A stretch of DNA of 64,000 nucleotides from Thermoplasmata archaeon (GTDB lineage: Archaea; Thermoplasmatota; Thermoplasmata; Lutacidiplasmatales; UBA184), in NCBI GenBank assembly GCA_021819135.1, contig JAKASE010000009.1, positions 15,408-79,407 on the forward strand, given 5' to 3'. Shown one piece after another: positions 46,216-55,891 of the stretch; positions within the stretch are counted from its first letter, which is position 1; every line of letters starts with the position of its first letter. The position numbers and the translations under genes are program-made. The notes under the pieces are model-generated. The model was not told the origin of the DNA and did no database searches. It worked only from the letters and a program-made list of their open reading frames with translations.

Positions 46216-48009
46216 GTGACCGCGGAGAACGCATCCCCCACACCGTCGGACCCCTGGGCCCCGATCGTCGCGACGATCGTGGCGGGGATCACGAAGTCGG
46301 CGGGGAGCGCCGGATTGACGGTGGACGCCGAGTCGCTGCGGGCCCAGCTTGACCTCGAGGGGGGCGCCGAGAGCGACATCGCGCTCCCGGTGCATCGACT
46401 CGCGCAGGGGGCCGGACGGGACCCGGGCGTGCTCGCCGCGACGCTGGCCGAGGGGTTTCCCCCCGACCCCGCGATCGCGCGCGTGGCCGCCCACGGAGCC
46501 TACCTCAATTTCCGCGTCGACACCCCCCGCCTCGCGGCCGCCACCCTCGCGGCGGTCCTGGGGCTGGGCCCGGGCTACGGAGGGGGCCCTCCGACCCCGG
46601 CCCGGGCGTGCGTCGAGCACACGAGCGCGAACCCGACCGGACCGTTCCACATCGGCCGCGTACGGAACGCGATCATCGGCGACACGCTCGCCCGGGTGCT
46701 GCGGGTCTCCGGCGTACCGGTGACGACGCAGTACTACGTCGACGACATGGGCCGGCAGGCGACGATGATCACCTGGATCTGGTCGATGCCGCGCGACGCC
46801 TGGCCTGCGCCGATCCGCGCGACGGTCGAGGGAGAGGAGGTCCCCGGCGAGAAGCCGGACCGGTACCGGGGACGGCCGTATCCCGCCGTCAGCGCCTACC
46901 TCAAGGAGCACGCGGAGGCGCGCGAGGCGGTCGCCGCGCTCGTCCGGGCGATCGAGACCGGGCAGGCACCGGCCGAACACCACGCGCTCGCCCAGCAGAT
47001 CCTGGACGGGATGCTCAGCTCGCTCGCCCGGCTGCACATCCACTTCGACGAGTTCGTGTGGGAGTCCCGGTTCGTCGCGGACGGTTCCGTCGACCGGGTC
47101 CTCGACCGGCTCCGCGCCGCGCCGCATGCGATGCGGGAGGAGAACGGGGCGCTCGCGATCGACGCCGCGGGCCACGGCCTCCCGAAGGAATCGACGCGTG
47201 TGGTCGTGCAGCGGGGCGACGGGACCAGCCTCTACGTGACGCGGGACATCGCCTACCACCTCGAGAAGTTCGCCCGGTTCGACCGGGTGATCGACGTCCT
47301 CGGCCAGGACCACCAGCTCCACGCCCGGACCCTCGCCGCGCTCCTCGAGGAGATCGGGGAGGCGCGGCGCCCGTCGTTCGTGATCTATCAGGACATCACC
47401 GTTCCCGAGGGGGGGCGGATGTCCACGCGCGGCGGCTCCGCCGTGTGGCTCGACCAGCTCCTCGAGGAGGCGGTCAGCCGGGCCCGCAAGGAGGTCCTGA
47501 CCCGCCGCGAGGATCTCCCGGATTCCGAGGTCGACCGCATTGCGGAGGCGGTCGCCACCGCGGCGATCCGGTACCACGTCGTTCGCGTGGCCCCGGAGAA
47601 GCCGGTCGTCTTCCGGTGGGAGGACGCCCTCTCCTTCGAAGGACGGAGCGGGCCGTTCGTGCAGTACTCCTACGCGCGGGCGTCGAGCGTGCTCCGCAAG
47701 GGCGGGGCGGACCGGCCCCCGTACCCGTTCGACGCGGCGCTGCTCACCGACCCCGAGGAGGCGGCCCTCGTCCGGACCCTGGCCGGCTTCCCCCGGGCGG
47801 TCGCGTACGCCGCCCGCACGGCGCACGTCCACACGATCGCGGGGTACGCCCACGAGCTGGCCGACCGGTTCAACCGCTTCTACCACGCGGTACCGGTGCT
47901 GAAGAGCGGGGCCGAGCGCGAGACGCGTATCGCGCTGGTCGCCGCGGTCCGGCAGACCCTCGGGAACGCGCTCGACCTGCTCGGGATCGCCCCCCTCGAG
48001 AGAATGTGA
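46216..48009 (+). CDS. argS: arginine--tRNA ligase
   Basis: HTSANPTGPFHIGRVRNAIIGD (class I HIGH region in ArgRS context), DALR anticodon-binding C-terminal domain (...FYHAVPVLKSG...). 597 aa. Confidence 0.9.
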   Translation: MTAENASPTPSDPWAPIVATIVAGITKSAGSAGLTVDAESLRAQLDLEGGAESDIALPVHRLAQGAGRDPGVLAATLAEGFPPDPAIARVAAHGAYLNFRVDTPRLAAATLAAVLGLGPGYGGGPPTPARACVEHTSANPTGPFHIGRVRNAIIGDTLARVLRVSGVPVTTQYYVDDMGRQATMITWIWSMPRDAWPAPIRATVEGEEVPGEKPDRYRGRPYPAVSAYLKEHAEAREAVAALVRAIETGQAPAEHHALAQQILDGMLSSLARLHIHFDEFVWESRFVADGSVDRVLDRLRAAPHAMREENGALAIDAAGHGLPKESTRVVVQRGDGTSLYVTRDIAYHLEKFARFDRVIDVLGQDHQLHARTLAALLEEIGEARRPSFVIYQDITVPEGGRMSTRGGSAVWLDQLLEEAVSRARKEVLTRREDLPDSEVDRIAEAVATAAIRYHVVRVAPEKPVVFRWEDALSFEGRSGPFVQYSYARASSVLRKGGADRPPYPFDAALLTDPEEAALVRTLAGFPRAVAYAARTAHVHTIAGYAHELADRFNRFYHAVPVLKSGAERETRIALVAAVRQTLGNALDLLGIAPLERM

Positions 48010-48063
48010 AAACGACCGCCGCTACCATTATAGCGGAGGCCCATACGCCGCGCGAGGTTCGAT

Positions 48064-48498
48064 ATGGCGTCGATACGGGAAGACTTTACGAAGTTCATGC
48101 AACGGGGGAACCTGATCCAGCTGGCGGTCGCCTTCGTGATGGGCGCGGCCTTCTCGGCGGTGGTCACCGCGCTCGTGGCGGACCTGATCACCCCGCTCAT
48201 CGGGGTGGCCGGGAAGTTCGACTTCTCGAAGTGGGTCTTCACCTTCAATGGCAGCACGTTCCAGCAGGGCGCGTTCCTGAACTCCTTGATCGCGTTCGTG
48301 ACGATCACCATCGTCGTCTTCTTCGCGATCGCGCTCCCCTACCAGCGCTACGAGGACCGGAAGGCGGCGAAGGCCGCCGCGGCCGCGAAGGCGGTCCCTC
48401 CGACCACCCGCGCGTGCCCGGAATGCCTCACGCAGATCCCGCTCGCCGCGAAGCGGTGCTCGGCGTGCACGTCGCCGGTCCCGGCGGCGTCCCCCTAG
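48064..48498 (+). CDS. mscL: large-conductance mechanosensitive channel MscL with C-terminal Cys4 zinc-ribbon-like extension
   Basis: MASIREDFTKFMQRGNLIQLAVAFVMGAAFSAVVTALVADLITPLIG (TM1 signature) and a second TM (LNSLIAFVTITIVVFFAIALPY). C-terminal tail CPECLTQIPLAAKRCSACTS. Confidence 0.8.
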   Translation: MASIREDFTKFMQRGNLIQLAVAFVMGAAFSAVVTALVADLITPLIGVAGKFDFSKWVFTFNGSTFQQGAFLNSLIAFVTITIVVFFAIALPYQRYEDRKAAKAAAAAKAVPPTTRACPECLTQIPLAAKRCSACTSPVPAASP

Positions 48499-49205
48499 GT
48501 TGGCTCACGGGACGCCGCCCGGAGCAGCGGGTCGACGACCCCGGCCCCTCGGAAGCCGCGGGCACGTAGCCGGCAGGAGGCGCACCGACCGCACGGTCGC
48601 CGGCCGCCCTCGTAGCAGCTCCACGTGAGGCCCCAGGGGACCCCGAGGCGCTCGCCGCGACGTACGATCTCCGCCTTCGAGGACCGAACGAGCGGGGCCT
48701 CGATGCGGACCGGACGGCCGGCCTCGACGGCCGATCGGGTCGCGAGGCCCGCGAGCCGGTCGAACGCCCGAAGGTACTCGGGCCGGCAATCCGGGTATCC
48801 CGAGTAGTCCACGGCGTTCGCGCCGATGTAGACCGAACCGAGGCGATGGCTCTCGGCGTACCCGAGCGCGATCGCGAGCAGGATCGTGTTCCGCGCCGGC
48901 ACGTAGGTGGAGGGGATCCGCCCGGGGCGGGCGGGACGCCGGGGGACGCGGCGCTCGGGGCGGGTGAGGGCGGAGCGGAGGAGCGGCCCGAGAGGCAGCC
49001 GGAGGACCACGTGGTTCCGGACCCGGTAATACCGGGCGAGCGCCCGGGCCGAGCGCACCTCCCGTGCGTGCCGCTGCCCGTACAGGATGGTGAGCGCGTG
49101 GACGGGACGGCGTTCCTGCGCCGCGACCGCGAGGCAGGTGGCCGAGTCCATCCCGCCGGAGAGGAGGACGACGCTGCCCGGGTCCCGGGCAAGCCGCCGC
49201 GTCAC
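48495..49205 (-). CDS. queC: 7-cyano-7-deazaguanine synthase QueC
   Basis: PP-loop VVLLSGGMDSATCL and C-terminal Zn-binding Cys cluster (WSCYEGGRRPCGRCASCRLR). Confidence 0.85.
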   Translation of the reverse strand: MTRRLARDPGSVVLLSGGMDSATCLAVAAQERRPVHALTILYGQRHAREVRSARALARYYRVRNHVVLRLPLGPLLRSALTRPERRVPRRPARPGRIPSTYVPARNTILLAIALGYAESHRLGSVYIGANAVDYSGYPDCRPEYLRAFDRLAGLATRSAVEAGRPVRIEAPLVRSSKAEIVRRGERLGVPWGLTWSCYEGGRRPCGRCASCRLRARGFRGAGVVDPLLRAASREPT

Positions 49206-49981
49206 AGGAGGACCCCGGCGGCCGCGTAGATCCCGGCCGCGATCACGACCGCTCCAAGCATCCCGAGGAAGTTCGTGCTGTGCTTGGTGAGGAGGCCCCG
49301 GTTCTCGAGGAGCTCACCGAGGACACTGTCGAGCTGACAGGCGAGGAACCCGGCGACGACGACGGCCACCAGGAATATCGCGCTCCGTTCGGGAAACCCG
49401 CCAAAGGCCCCGAAGAGACCGACCCCCACCACGCCCGTGACCGCCGCGCCGGCGAAGGCGAACGCCTCCCCGAGGGCCGAGACCCCGCCGTTCGTCCCGG
49501 GGGGCACGGGCCGCAGGGTGAGGATGCTCCGGGCCCGACCGGCGAGCACGCCGAACTCGCTCGCGAAGGTATCGGAGGCGCCGAACGCGAGGGCGCTCGT
49601 GTAGAGCACGTCGAGCCCCGGAACGCCGAGTCCGGGGGTGGGAAGACCCCCGGCGACCGCGATCGCGGTGGGGATGAGGATATGGGCGAGTACGTTGGAG
49701 ATCCCCCGCTCCCCGGTCGTCCCCTCCTGTAGGTGGCGCGCCTCCTTCTCTGCGAACCGGTACCGCGTCGCGAGGACGCTCGATACCAGGAAGAGGACCA
49801 TGAGGGCGAGGAACGGAAAGCCGGCGAACACGACGATCGCACCACCGAAGATCGCGGCGACCGCCCCGGCCGCAACGGTGAGCGCCCGGACGTAGACGGC
49901 GGCCGCCGCGAGCGCCACCGTCGCCACAGTGCCGATGAGCGCCGGGACGAGAAGGAGCACGGAACTCCCCACGGGGCGCAC
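49202..49981 (-). CDS. DUF92/TMEM19-family integral membrane protein
   Basis: 259 aa with ~7 hydrophobic helices. Conserved FAEKEARHL...GERGISNVLAH and GGVSALGEAFAFAGAAV segments typical of DUF92. Confidence 0.65.
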   Translation of the reverse strand: MRPVGSSVLLLVPALIGTVATVALAAAAVYVRALTVAAGAVAAIFGGAIVVFAGFPFLALMVLFLVSSVLATRYRFAEKEARHLQEGTTGERGISNVLAHILIPTAIAVAGGLPTPGLGVPGLDVLYTSALAFGASDTFASEFGVLAGRARSILTLRPVPPGTNGGVSALGEAFAFAGAAVTGVVGVGLFGAFGGFPERSAIFLVAVVVAGFLACQLDSVLGELLENRGLLTKHSTNFLGMLGAVVIAAGIYAAAGVLL

Positions 49982-50063
49982 CGAGCCGGCAACTTAACGT
50001 GATGCCCCCGGCGATCGAGGCGGGACGCTTGCGAGGACGGCCGGGGACCCGGCGGCCGGCGGG

Positions 50064-50651
50064 CTAGCCTCGGGCGAGGATCCGGCACACCGCGTTCTCG
50101 AACGAGAGCGACTCGATGTCGGCCTCGGCCCCGTGCTCGCGAAGCTCCGCGCGCACCTGGCGCTCATGGCCCATCGGGACCACGACCGCCGTGAGGAGGC
50201 CGAGGGCCCGACCGGCCTCGACGTCGAGCGCCCGGTCCCCGATCACGGCGCTCGAGGCGAGGTCGATGTTCCACTCGGCCCGGGCACGCTCGAACAAGCC
50301 GGTCCGCGGCTTACGGCACTCGCAGGAGGACTCCGGCGCGTGAGGGCAGTAATAGAAGGCGTCGATGTGCGCATGCCGGGCCGCGAGCATCTCGTTGAGG
50401 CGACGGTGGATCTGCTCCACCTCCTCCCGGGTGTAGAATCCCCGCTCGACACCGGACTGGTTCGTGACGCAGAGGATCCGGAACCCGTGGTCGCGGGCGA
50501 GCGAGAGCCCCTCCGCCACCCCTCGGTTCAGCTCGAGGCGATCGGCCTCCTTGAGATACTTGAGGTCCGGGTTGATCGTCCCGTCCCGATCGACGAACAG
50601 GGCCCGGCGGGGCGGTCCGGGTCGCGGCCCCTCCCGTGCCGGTGCGGCCAC
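50064..50651 (-). CDS. HAD-IIIA family phosphatase (GmhB / histidinol-phosphatase-like)
   Basis: LFVDRDGTIN (motif I DxDGT), CVTNQSGV (motif II), CECRKPRTG (Zn/motif III K), IGDRALDVEAG (motif IV). The upstream 70 codons of the ORF-track entry were rejected. Start assigned to an in-frame GTG and is uncertain. Confidence 0.55.
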   Translation of the reverse strand: MAAPAREGPRPGPPRRALFVDRDGTINPDLKYLKEADRLELNRGVAEGLSLARDHGFRILCVTNQSGVERGFYTREEVEQIHRRLNEMLAARHAHIDAFYYCPHAPESSCECRKPRTGLFERARAEWNIDLASSAVIGDRALDVEAGRALGLLTAVVVPMGHERQVRAELREHGAEADIESLSFENAVCRILARG

Positions 50652-50711
50652 GTCGCGGGGAAACCGCTCCCGAGATAAGCGTTCGGTCGTCGCGAGACGG
50701 GGGGCCGGGCG

Positions 50712-51482
50712 TTGCGGGCGCCAGAGGGGAAGGAGACCGGGACCGACCGCCTCGACCGGGCGTTCGACGGCGCGCTCGCGCCCTACCGCCGCGACGACGG
50801 GCCGCTCGGGGTGCTGTTCTCGGGCGGCGTCGACTCCTCCCTGATCGCGTGGGAGCTCCACGACCGGCCGAACCTGACGCTCGTGACCGTGGGGGTCCCG
50901 GGCAGCCCGGACCTCGTGGCGGCCCGGAGCGCGTCCGCCCTCCTTTCCCTGCCCTGGACGGAGGTGGTCGTCCCGATCGATGAGGTCCGGTCGGTGGCGG
51001 CCGAGATCGCGGAGGAGACCGATCGGCTCGCTCCCGTCCCGCGCTCGGTGCAGATCGCGTTCGCCGTCGCCGTCCGCTCATCGCCGGTGGACCGGCTCTT
51101 GTGCGGGCAGGGGGCCGACGAGCTGTTCCTCGGCTACGCTCATTTCCGCGGCCGGTCCGCGGCCGAAGCTGCTCGGATCGCCGATGGCGACCTGGGTCGG
51201 CTGATCACCGAGGATTGGCCGCGGTCCCAGCGCATCGCCGCCCGGTTCGGTCGGTCGGTGTTCGCTCCGTACCTCGACCCCGGGTTCATGGAGGCGGCCC
51301 GGTCGATCCCGGTCGACCGACGATTGCCCGAGCCCGAGCCCAAGTCCTGGTTCCGATCGTGGGCCCGGCACCGCGGGCTTCCGGCCGAGATCGCCGCGCG
51401 GCCGAAGCGGGCGCTCCAGTACGGGAGCGGCGTCGACCGCGCCCTCCGCGACGGGGAACGGCGGACCGTCAGGAACGCGTGA
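50712..51482 (+). CDS. asparagine synthetase-domain (AsnB C-terminal-like) PP-loop ATP pyrophosphatase
   Basis: GVLFSGGVDSSLIA (PP-loop SGGxDS) and LLCGQGADELFLGY, as in the synthetase domain of AsnB-family enzymes. No glutaminase domain. 256 aa. Confidence 0.6.
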   Translation: MRAPEGKETGTDRLDRAFDGALAPYRRDDGPLGVLFSGGVDSSLIAWELHDRPNLTLVTVGVPGSPDLVAARSASALLSLPWTEVVVPIDEVRSVAAEIAEETDRLAPVPRSVQIAFAVAVRSSPVDRLLCGQGADELFLGYAHFRGRSAAEAARIADGDLGRLITEDWPRSQRIAARFGRSVFAPYLDPGFMEAARSIPVDRRLPEPEPKSWFRSWARHRGLPAEIAARPKRALQYGSGVDRALRDGERRTVRNA

Positions 51483-52425
51483 CGCGGGTCCCGGCCTCCC
51501 CGTCGACGGCACGGGCGAGCGACGGGATGTCGGTGATCAGGAAGCGACGCCCGCCGCCCTTCAGGAACTCGAGACCCGCCCCGACCTTAGGCCCCATACT
51601 GCCCGAGGCGAACTCTCCCCGCGCGTGGAGCCGCGTGAGCTCGTCCTGGGTGACCTCGCCGAGCCATCGCTCCCCCTTCTTGCCGAAGTTCACCGCCGCG
51701 CCCGCGACGTCGGTGACGATCGCGAGCGTGTCGAGGCCGAGCTCGCGGGCCACGAGGGAGGCGCCGAGGTCCTTGTCGATCACCGCCTCGACGCCCTCGT
51801 ACGAGCCGTCCGGCCGACGGACGACCGGGATCCCGCCGCCTCCCGAGACCACGGGGATCCAGCTCTGGCCGAGCCCGGCGGCCATGAGGTGACGGACCGC
51901 CGGGCCCTCGAGCCATCGGACCGGCCGCGGGGAGGGAACGACCCGCCGCCATCCCCCCCGTGCCCCATCGTACTGCATCGCCCAGTCGTGCTGCTTGCGC
52001 AGGACCCGCGCCTCCGCCTCGGAATAGTACCGGCCCACGGGCTTCGTCGGGTTCGCGAACGCGGGGTCCTTGCGCGAGACCTCGGTACGGCTCACGATCG
52101 TCAGGACCGAGCGATCGACCTTCGCCGCCCGGAGCGCCGGGGTAAGCTCGGTCTGGATCAGGTAGCCGATCTGCCCCTGGGTCTCGGCCCCGAGGACGTC
52201 CATCGGCCGCGGCGGCACCTCCCGGCCGGCGAGCTCGTTCTGCAGGAGGAGCGCGCCGACCTGAGGACCGTTGCCGTGCGAGAGCACGAGCTCGGGGCCG
52301 TGGCGGGCGATCTCGGCGATCGTGGCGACCGCCCGGCGCATCTGGGCCCGGGCTTCGGTCCAGGTCCCGGAGCGCCCCGCCCGCTGCAGGGCGTTGCCCC
52401 CGAGCGCGACCAGGATCCCGGCCAT
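51469..52425 (-). CDS. arcC: carbamate kinase
   Basis: MAGILVALGGNALQRAG...VLSHGNGPQVG...IPVVSGGGGIPVV...GSMGPKV, all carbamate kinase signatures. Internal ATG preferred over the ORF-track start at 52461. Confidence 0.8.
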   Translation of the reverse strand: MAGILVALGGNALQRAGRSGTWTEARAQMRRAVATIAEIARHGPELVLSHGNGPQVGALLLQNELAGREVPPRPMDVLGAETQGQIGYLIQTELTPALRAAKVDRSVLTIVSRTEVSRKDPAFANPTKPVGRYYSEAEARVLRKQHDWAMQYDGARGGWRRVVPSPRPVRWLEGPAVRHLMAAGLGQSWIPVVSGGGGIPVVRRPDGSYEGVEAVIDKDLGASLVARELGLDTLAIVTDVAGAAVNFGKKGERWLGEVTQDELTRLHARGEFASGSMGPKVGAGLEFLKGGGRRFLITDIPSLARAVDGEAGTRVTRS

Positions 52426-52546
52426 GGAGTTCGGCACTCGCCTCGCGAGCCCTTGAGCCAATCGGCCGTCCTCGGCGCACCGCGACCGGCCGAGGGGAAG
52501 GGCGCCCGGTAATCACGCCTATATACGCCTCCCCCGCTCACCGGCC

Positions 52547-53908
52547 GTGACGGACGATACCTCCTCTCTCTTCTGTCCGCTCGAGTTCCGATACGGCCGC
52601 GAGACGGTCCGGGCGCTGTTCTCCCGGGGCGCCCGCCTCGAACGGGCCCTCCGCGTTGAGGCGGCTCTCGCGGGGGCAGAGGCGGACCTCGGGATGATCC
52701 CGAAGGACTCCGCCGCGGCGATCGCCGCCGCAGCCGACCTCCACCACGTGTCGCTCGACCGGGTCGATACGCTCGAGCGGTCGCTCCGACACGATGTGAT
52801 GGCCATCACACGGGCGCTCGCCGAGGCGGCGGGTCCCGCGGGCCGGTGGGTCCACTTCGGGGCGACGAGCGCCGACATCACCGACACCGCGCTCGCGCTC
52901 GAGCTCAGCGAGAGCGTGGGGGTCCTGCGGGAGGACCTGACGCATCTCGCGCGCGCCCTGGCCGACCTCGCCCGCCACCACCGGGCGACCCCCGAGATCG
53001 GACGGACGCATGGGCAGCACGGCGTGCCGATCAGCTTCGGCTACAAGATCGCGGTCGCGGCGGCCGAGGTGGTGCGCCACCGGCAGCGGCTCGACGAGCT
53101 CCGCCCGCGCCTCGCGGTCGGCAAGATGGCGGGCGCGGTCGGCACGGGGGCCGGGTTCGGCACGCACGCCGCGGAGGTCGAGGCCGCCGTGATGCGGCGC
53201 TTGGGCCTCGCCGCGGACGAGGCCCCGACGCAGATCGTCGGGCGGGACCGCATCGCCGAGTTCACGAACTTCCTCGCGCTCGTCGCAGGCACGGCGGAGC
53301 GCCTCGCGACCGAGGTGCGGAACCTCCAGCGGACCGAGATCGCCGAGGTCGCGGAGCCGTTCGACGAAGGCCACCAGGTCGGCAGCTCCACGATGGCGCA
53401 GAAGCGGAACCCGATGCTCTCCGAGAACGTCACGAGCCTCGCCCGTCTCATCCGGGCGTTCGCGCTCCCGCCCCTCGAGAACATGGTCCAGTGGCACGAG
53501 CGCGACCTCGCGAACTCCGCGAACGAGCGGATCGTCCTGCCGCACGCGATCGTTCTCACGGACGACGTGCTGGGCAAGCTGGTCGAAGTCTTCTCCGGCC
53601 TGCGCGTCGACGCGGCGCGCATGGCCGAGGGGATCGCGCGCTCGGGCGGCTCCGCGATGACGGAGAACCTGCTGCTCGCGCTCACCTCGAAGGGTCTCGG
53701 CCGGGCCGAGGCCCACGAGCTCCTCCGCACCCTCACGCGTCCCGGTTCCGGTACGCTGGTCGAGCGGGCGAACGCGGACCCGACCGTGCGGGCTCACTTC
53801 GCTCCCCAGGAGATCGTGGCGCTCCTCGACCCCGCCGGCTATGTCGGCGCGGCCGCCCTCAAGACCGATCGGGTGCTCGCCGGCGTCGACCGGGCGCTGA
53901 ACGGATGA
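52547..53908 (+). CDS. purB: adenylosuccinate lyase
   Basis: Fumarate-lyase family signature GSSTMAQKRNPMLSENV and overall PurB layout (SLFCPLEFRYGR N-terminus, typical of PurB). Confidence 0.9.
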   Translation: MTDDTSSLFCPLEFRYGRETVRALFSRGARLERALRVEAALAGAEADLGMIPKDSAAAIAAAADLHHVSLDRVDTLERSLRHDVMAITRALAEAAGPAGRWVHFGATSADITDTALALELSESVGVLREDLTHLARALADLARHHRATPEIGRTHGQHGVPISFGYKIAVAAAEVVRHRQRLDELRPRLAVGKMAGAVGTGAGFGTHAAEVEAAVMRRLGLAADEAPTQIVGRDRIAEFTNFLALVAGTAERLATEVRNLQRTEIAEVAEPFDEGHQVGSSTMAQKRNPMLSENVTSLARLIRAFALPPLENMVQWHERDLANSANERIVLPHAIVLTDDVLGKLVEVFSGLRVDAARMAEGIARSGGSAMTENLLLALTSKGLGRAEAHELLRTLTRPGSGTLVERANADPTVRAHFAPQEIVALLDPAGYVGAAALKTDRVLAGVDRALNG

Positions 53909-54189
53909 GCGAGCCCGCCGCCGGGTCCTGGACGGCGCGACTTCGGGTCACGGTATCCGACCCATCGCTCGCCGAGTGGCTCGAGCGTGCCCTACGACCC
54001 GAGGCTGCCCGGGAGGTGCCCCGGACGCGCGCGACGGTCGGCCGGGGCCCCGATGGGTCCGTGGAGGTCTCGGTCTCCGCCCTCGACTCCGGCGCGTTGC
54101 GGGCGGCGATGAACACCTATCTCGGGTGGATCCATCTCGCGCTCTCGACCGCCGAGACGGCCCGCGCGGCCGGCGGGGTCCGCGCCTAG
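53905..54189 (+). CDS. small Pcc1-like (KEOPS subunit) protein, tentative
   Basis: 94 aa, ATG overlapping the purB stop (ATGA). Pattern ARLRVTVSDPSLAEWLERALRPE...VGRGPDGSVEVSVSALDSGALRAAMNTYLGWIHLA resembles Pcc1 family topology. Weak. Confidence 0.4.
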   Translation: MSEPAAGSWTARLRVTVSDPSLAEWLERALRPEAAREVPRTRATVGRGPDGSVEVSVSALDSGALRAAMNTYLGWIHLALSTAETARAAGGVRA

Positions 54190-54238
54190 GGAGCCCGTCG
54201 CGCCGAAGCGCTTATCTCTCTCGTCCGGTCGGGCGGTC

Positions 54239-54619
54239 GTGGCTCTACCGGCGAAGTTGCAGAACGACATCAAGCAGTTCCAGCGGCTCCAGCAGGAGCT
54301 GGGCGCGGTGCAGCAGCAGCGACTCCAGATGGAGCTCAAGGTGCGCGAGGTCTCCCACACGCTCGAGGAACTCAAGGCCGTCCCCGAGGATGCGGTCGTC
54401 TACCGGCCGATCGGGGGTCTCATGGTGAAGGCGAAGGGCCGGAAGGAGGTCGAGGACCTCCTCACCGAAGAGAAGGAGACCGCCGAGGTACGCCTGAAGG
54501 CGGTCGAGCGGCAGGAGAACCACCTGAAGGAACGCTACACGACCCTGCAGCAGGAGCTCTCCCAGGCGCTGCAGGCCGCCGGTGCGGTCCCCTCCGGACC
54601 CGCCGAAGGCGGGGACTGA
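54239..54619 (+). CDS. pfdB: prefoldin beta subunit
   Basis: 126 aa (LPAKLQNDIKQFQRLQQELGAVQQQRLQMELKVREVSHTLEELKAVPEDAVVYRPIGGLMVKAKGRKE). Coiled-coil, beta hairpin, coiled-coil. Confidence 0.8.
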   Translation: MALPAKLQNDIKQFQRLQQELGAVQQQRLQMELKVREVSHTLEELKAVPEDAVVYRPIGGLMVKAKGRKEVEDLLTEEKETAEVRLKAVERQENHLKERYTTLQQELSQALQAAGAVPSGPAEGGD

Positions 54620-54776
54620 CCCGACCGCCACGGATCCTCGACGGTCCTCTTCCTGCGTGGTCCTGCCCGTTCACGGGCCGAGTTCCCGGTCGGCCGGACG
54701 GTCGCTCAAGGGCACTATAGGGCCTTAGGTCGGCCCGCTCGAACCGGGGGCCCCCGAAATGCCCCGGCCCGTGGGA

Positions 54777-55859
54777 TCAACTTCGGCGGCGCACGAGACG
54801 ATCGGCGATCTCTTGGACCAGCGGTTTCGACCGGGTCGGGATCGCCCGGCTCCGCTCGAGGCGGCGTAGTCCACGGCGATTGAGCTCGTCGATACGCTGC
54901 TCGGAGTAGGCCAGGCTGCCGGTCGCCCGGATCACCCCGCGGGCCCGCTCCACGTCCTCGGGGGTCGCGGTCGGGTTACCGAGGACCCGGGCGAGTCGCG
55001 CGCGGTCGGCGTCGTCTCCCCGGGTCCACGCTCGGACGACGAGCAGCGTGCGCTTGCCCTCGACGAGGTCGTTCGAGCTCTTGCCGGCCTCGTCGGCGTC
55101 GAACCCGGCGCCGAGGACGTCGTCGCGCAGCTGGAACGCGATCCCGAGGTCGCTGCCGATCGCTTCAAGGTCGGCGAGGAGCGCGGGACGGGCCCCCCCC
55201 AGCTCGGCGCCGATCTTGAGCGGGGCGACCACCGTGTAGACGGCCGACTTGAGCCGGTGGACGGTCAGGACGTCCTCCTCGGAGACCGTCCCGGGCGGCA
55301 GGGTCCCGTTCCGGATGTCGAGGAGCTGGCCGTAGGCCGTGCGCCGGGTCATCTCCACGTACTCGCGGAGCGCGGCGAGCCGTGCGGCGGGAGCGGACGG
55401 CACTTCGAGGAAGGCGCTCACGACGAACGGCTCCTCGAGGTCGCCGAGGGCGATCGCGCACCCGGTCCCGTAGTCCGCGCTCGAGCCCTCCTGGTGGTCC
55501 CGGCGGTGCATCGCCTCGAGGACCCGGTGCGCGGTCGGCCCGCCGCGGCGCTCCTCGGCATGGTCGATGACGTCGTCGTGGATCAGCATCCAGCTCTGGA
55601 AATGCTCGAGGGCGGCGGCGGCCGGCAGCACGGGTCGGGGCGACCGGCCGGTGGCGATGTGGTACCCGGCGAGCAGCAGGGTCGCACGGAACCGCTTCCC
55701 TCCGCGGAGGGTGAACTCGCGGTTGACGTCGAGGAACGGCCGGACGCTCTTCGGGGCGGTGCGAAGCGCGCGTTGGTAGGACCCCCGGAGCTCTTCGGTC
55801 AGGGGAGGAAGGAACCGGAAGAGACCTTCAAGATCCACGGCGTTGCGATTGGACGCCAT
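54777..55859 (-). CDS. idsA: polyprenyl (geranylgeranyl) diphosphate synthase
   Basis: First DDxxD motif LIHDDVIDHAEERRG and second motif FQLRDDVLG. 360 aa trans-isoprenyl diphosphate synthase fold. Confidence 0.85.
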   Translation of the reverse strand: MASNRNAVDLEGLFRFLPPLTEELRGSYQRALRTAPKSVRPFLDVNREFTLRGGKRFRATLLLAGYHIATGRSPRPVLPAAAALEHFQSWMLIHDDVIDHAEERRGGPTAHRVLEAMHRRDHQEGSSADYGTGCAIALGDLEEPFVVSAFLEVPSAPAARLAALREYVEMTRRTAYGQLLDIRNGTLPPGTVSEEDVLTVHRLKSAVYTVVAPLKIGAELGGARPALLADLEAIGSDLGIAFQLRDDVLGAGFDADEAGKSSNDLVEGKRTLLVVRAWTRGDDADRARLARVLGNPTATPEDVERARGVIRATGSLAYSEQRIDELNRRGLRRLERSRAIPTRSKPLVQEIADRLVRRRS

Positions 55860-55891
55860 TCGTATTTAACGGACCGGGAGTTGTCGTCACG

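Noticed and set aside
45949-47886. 645-aa minus-strand ORF antisense to argS
   Set aside because: argS on the plus strand has HIGH-region and DALR-domain signatures. This is an antisense artefact.
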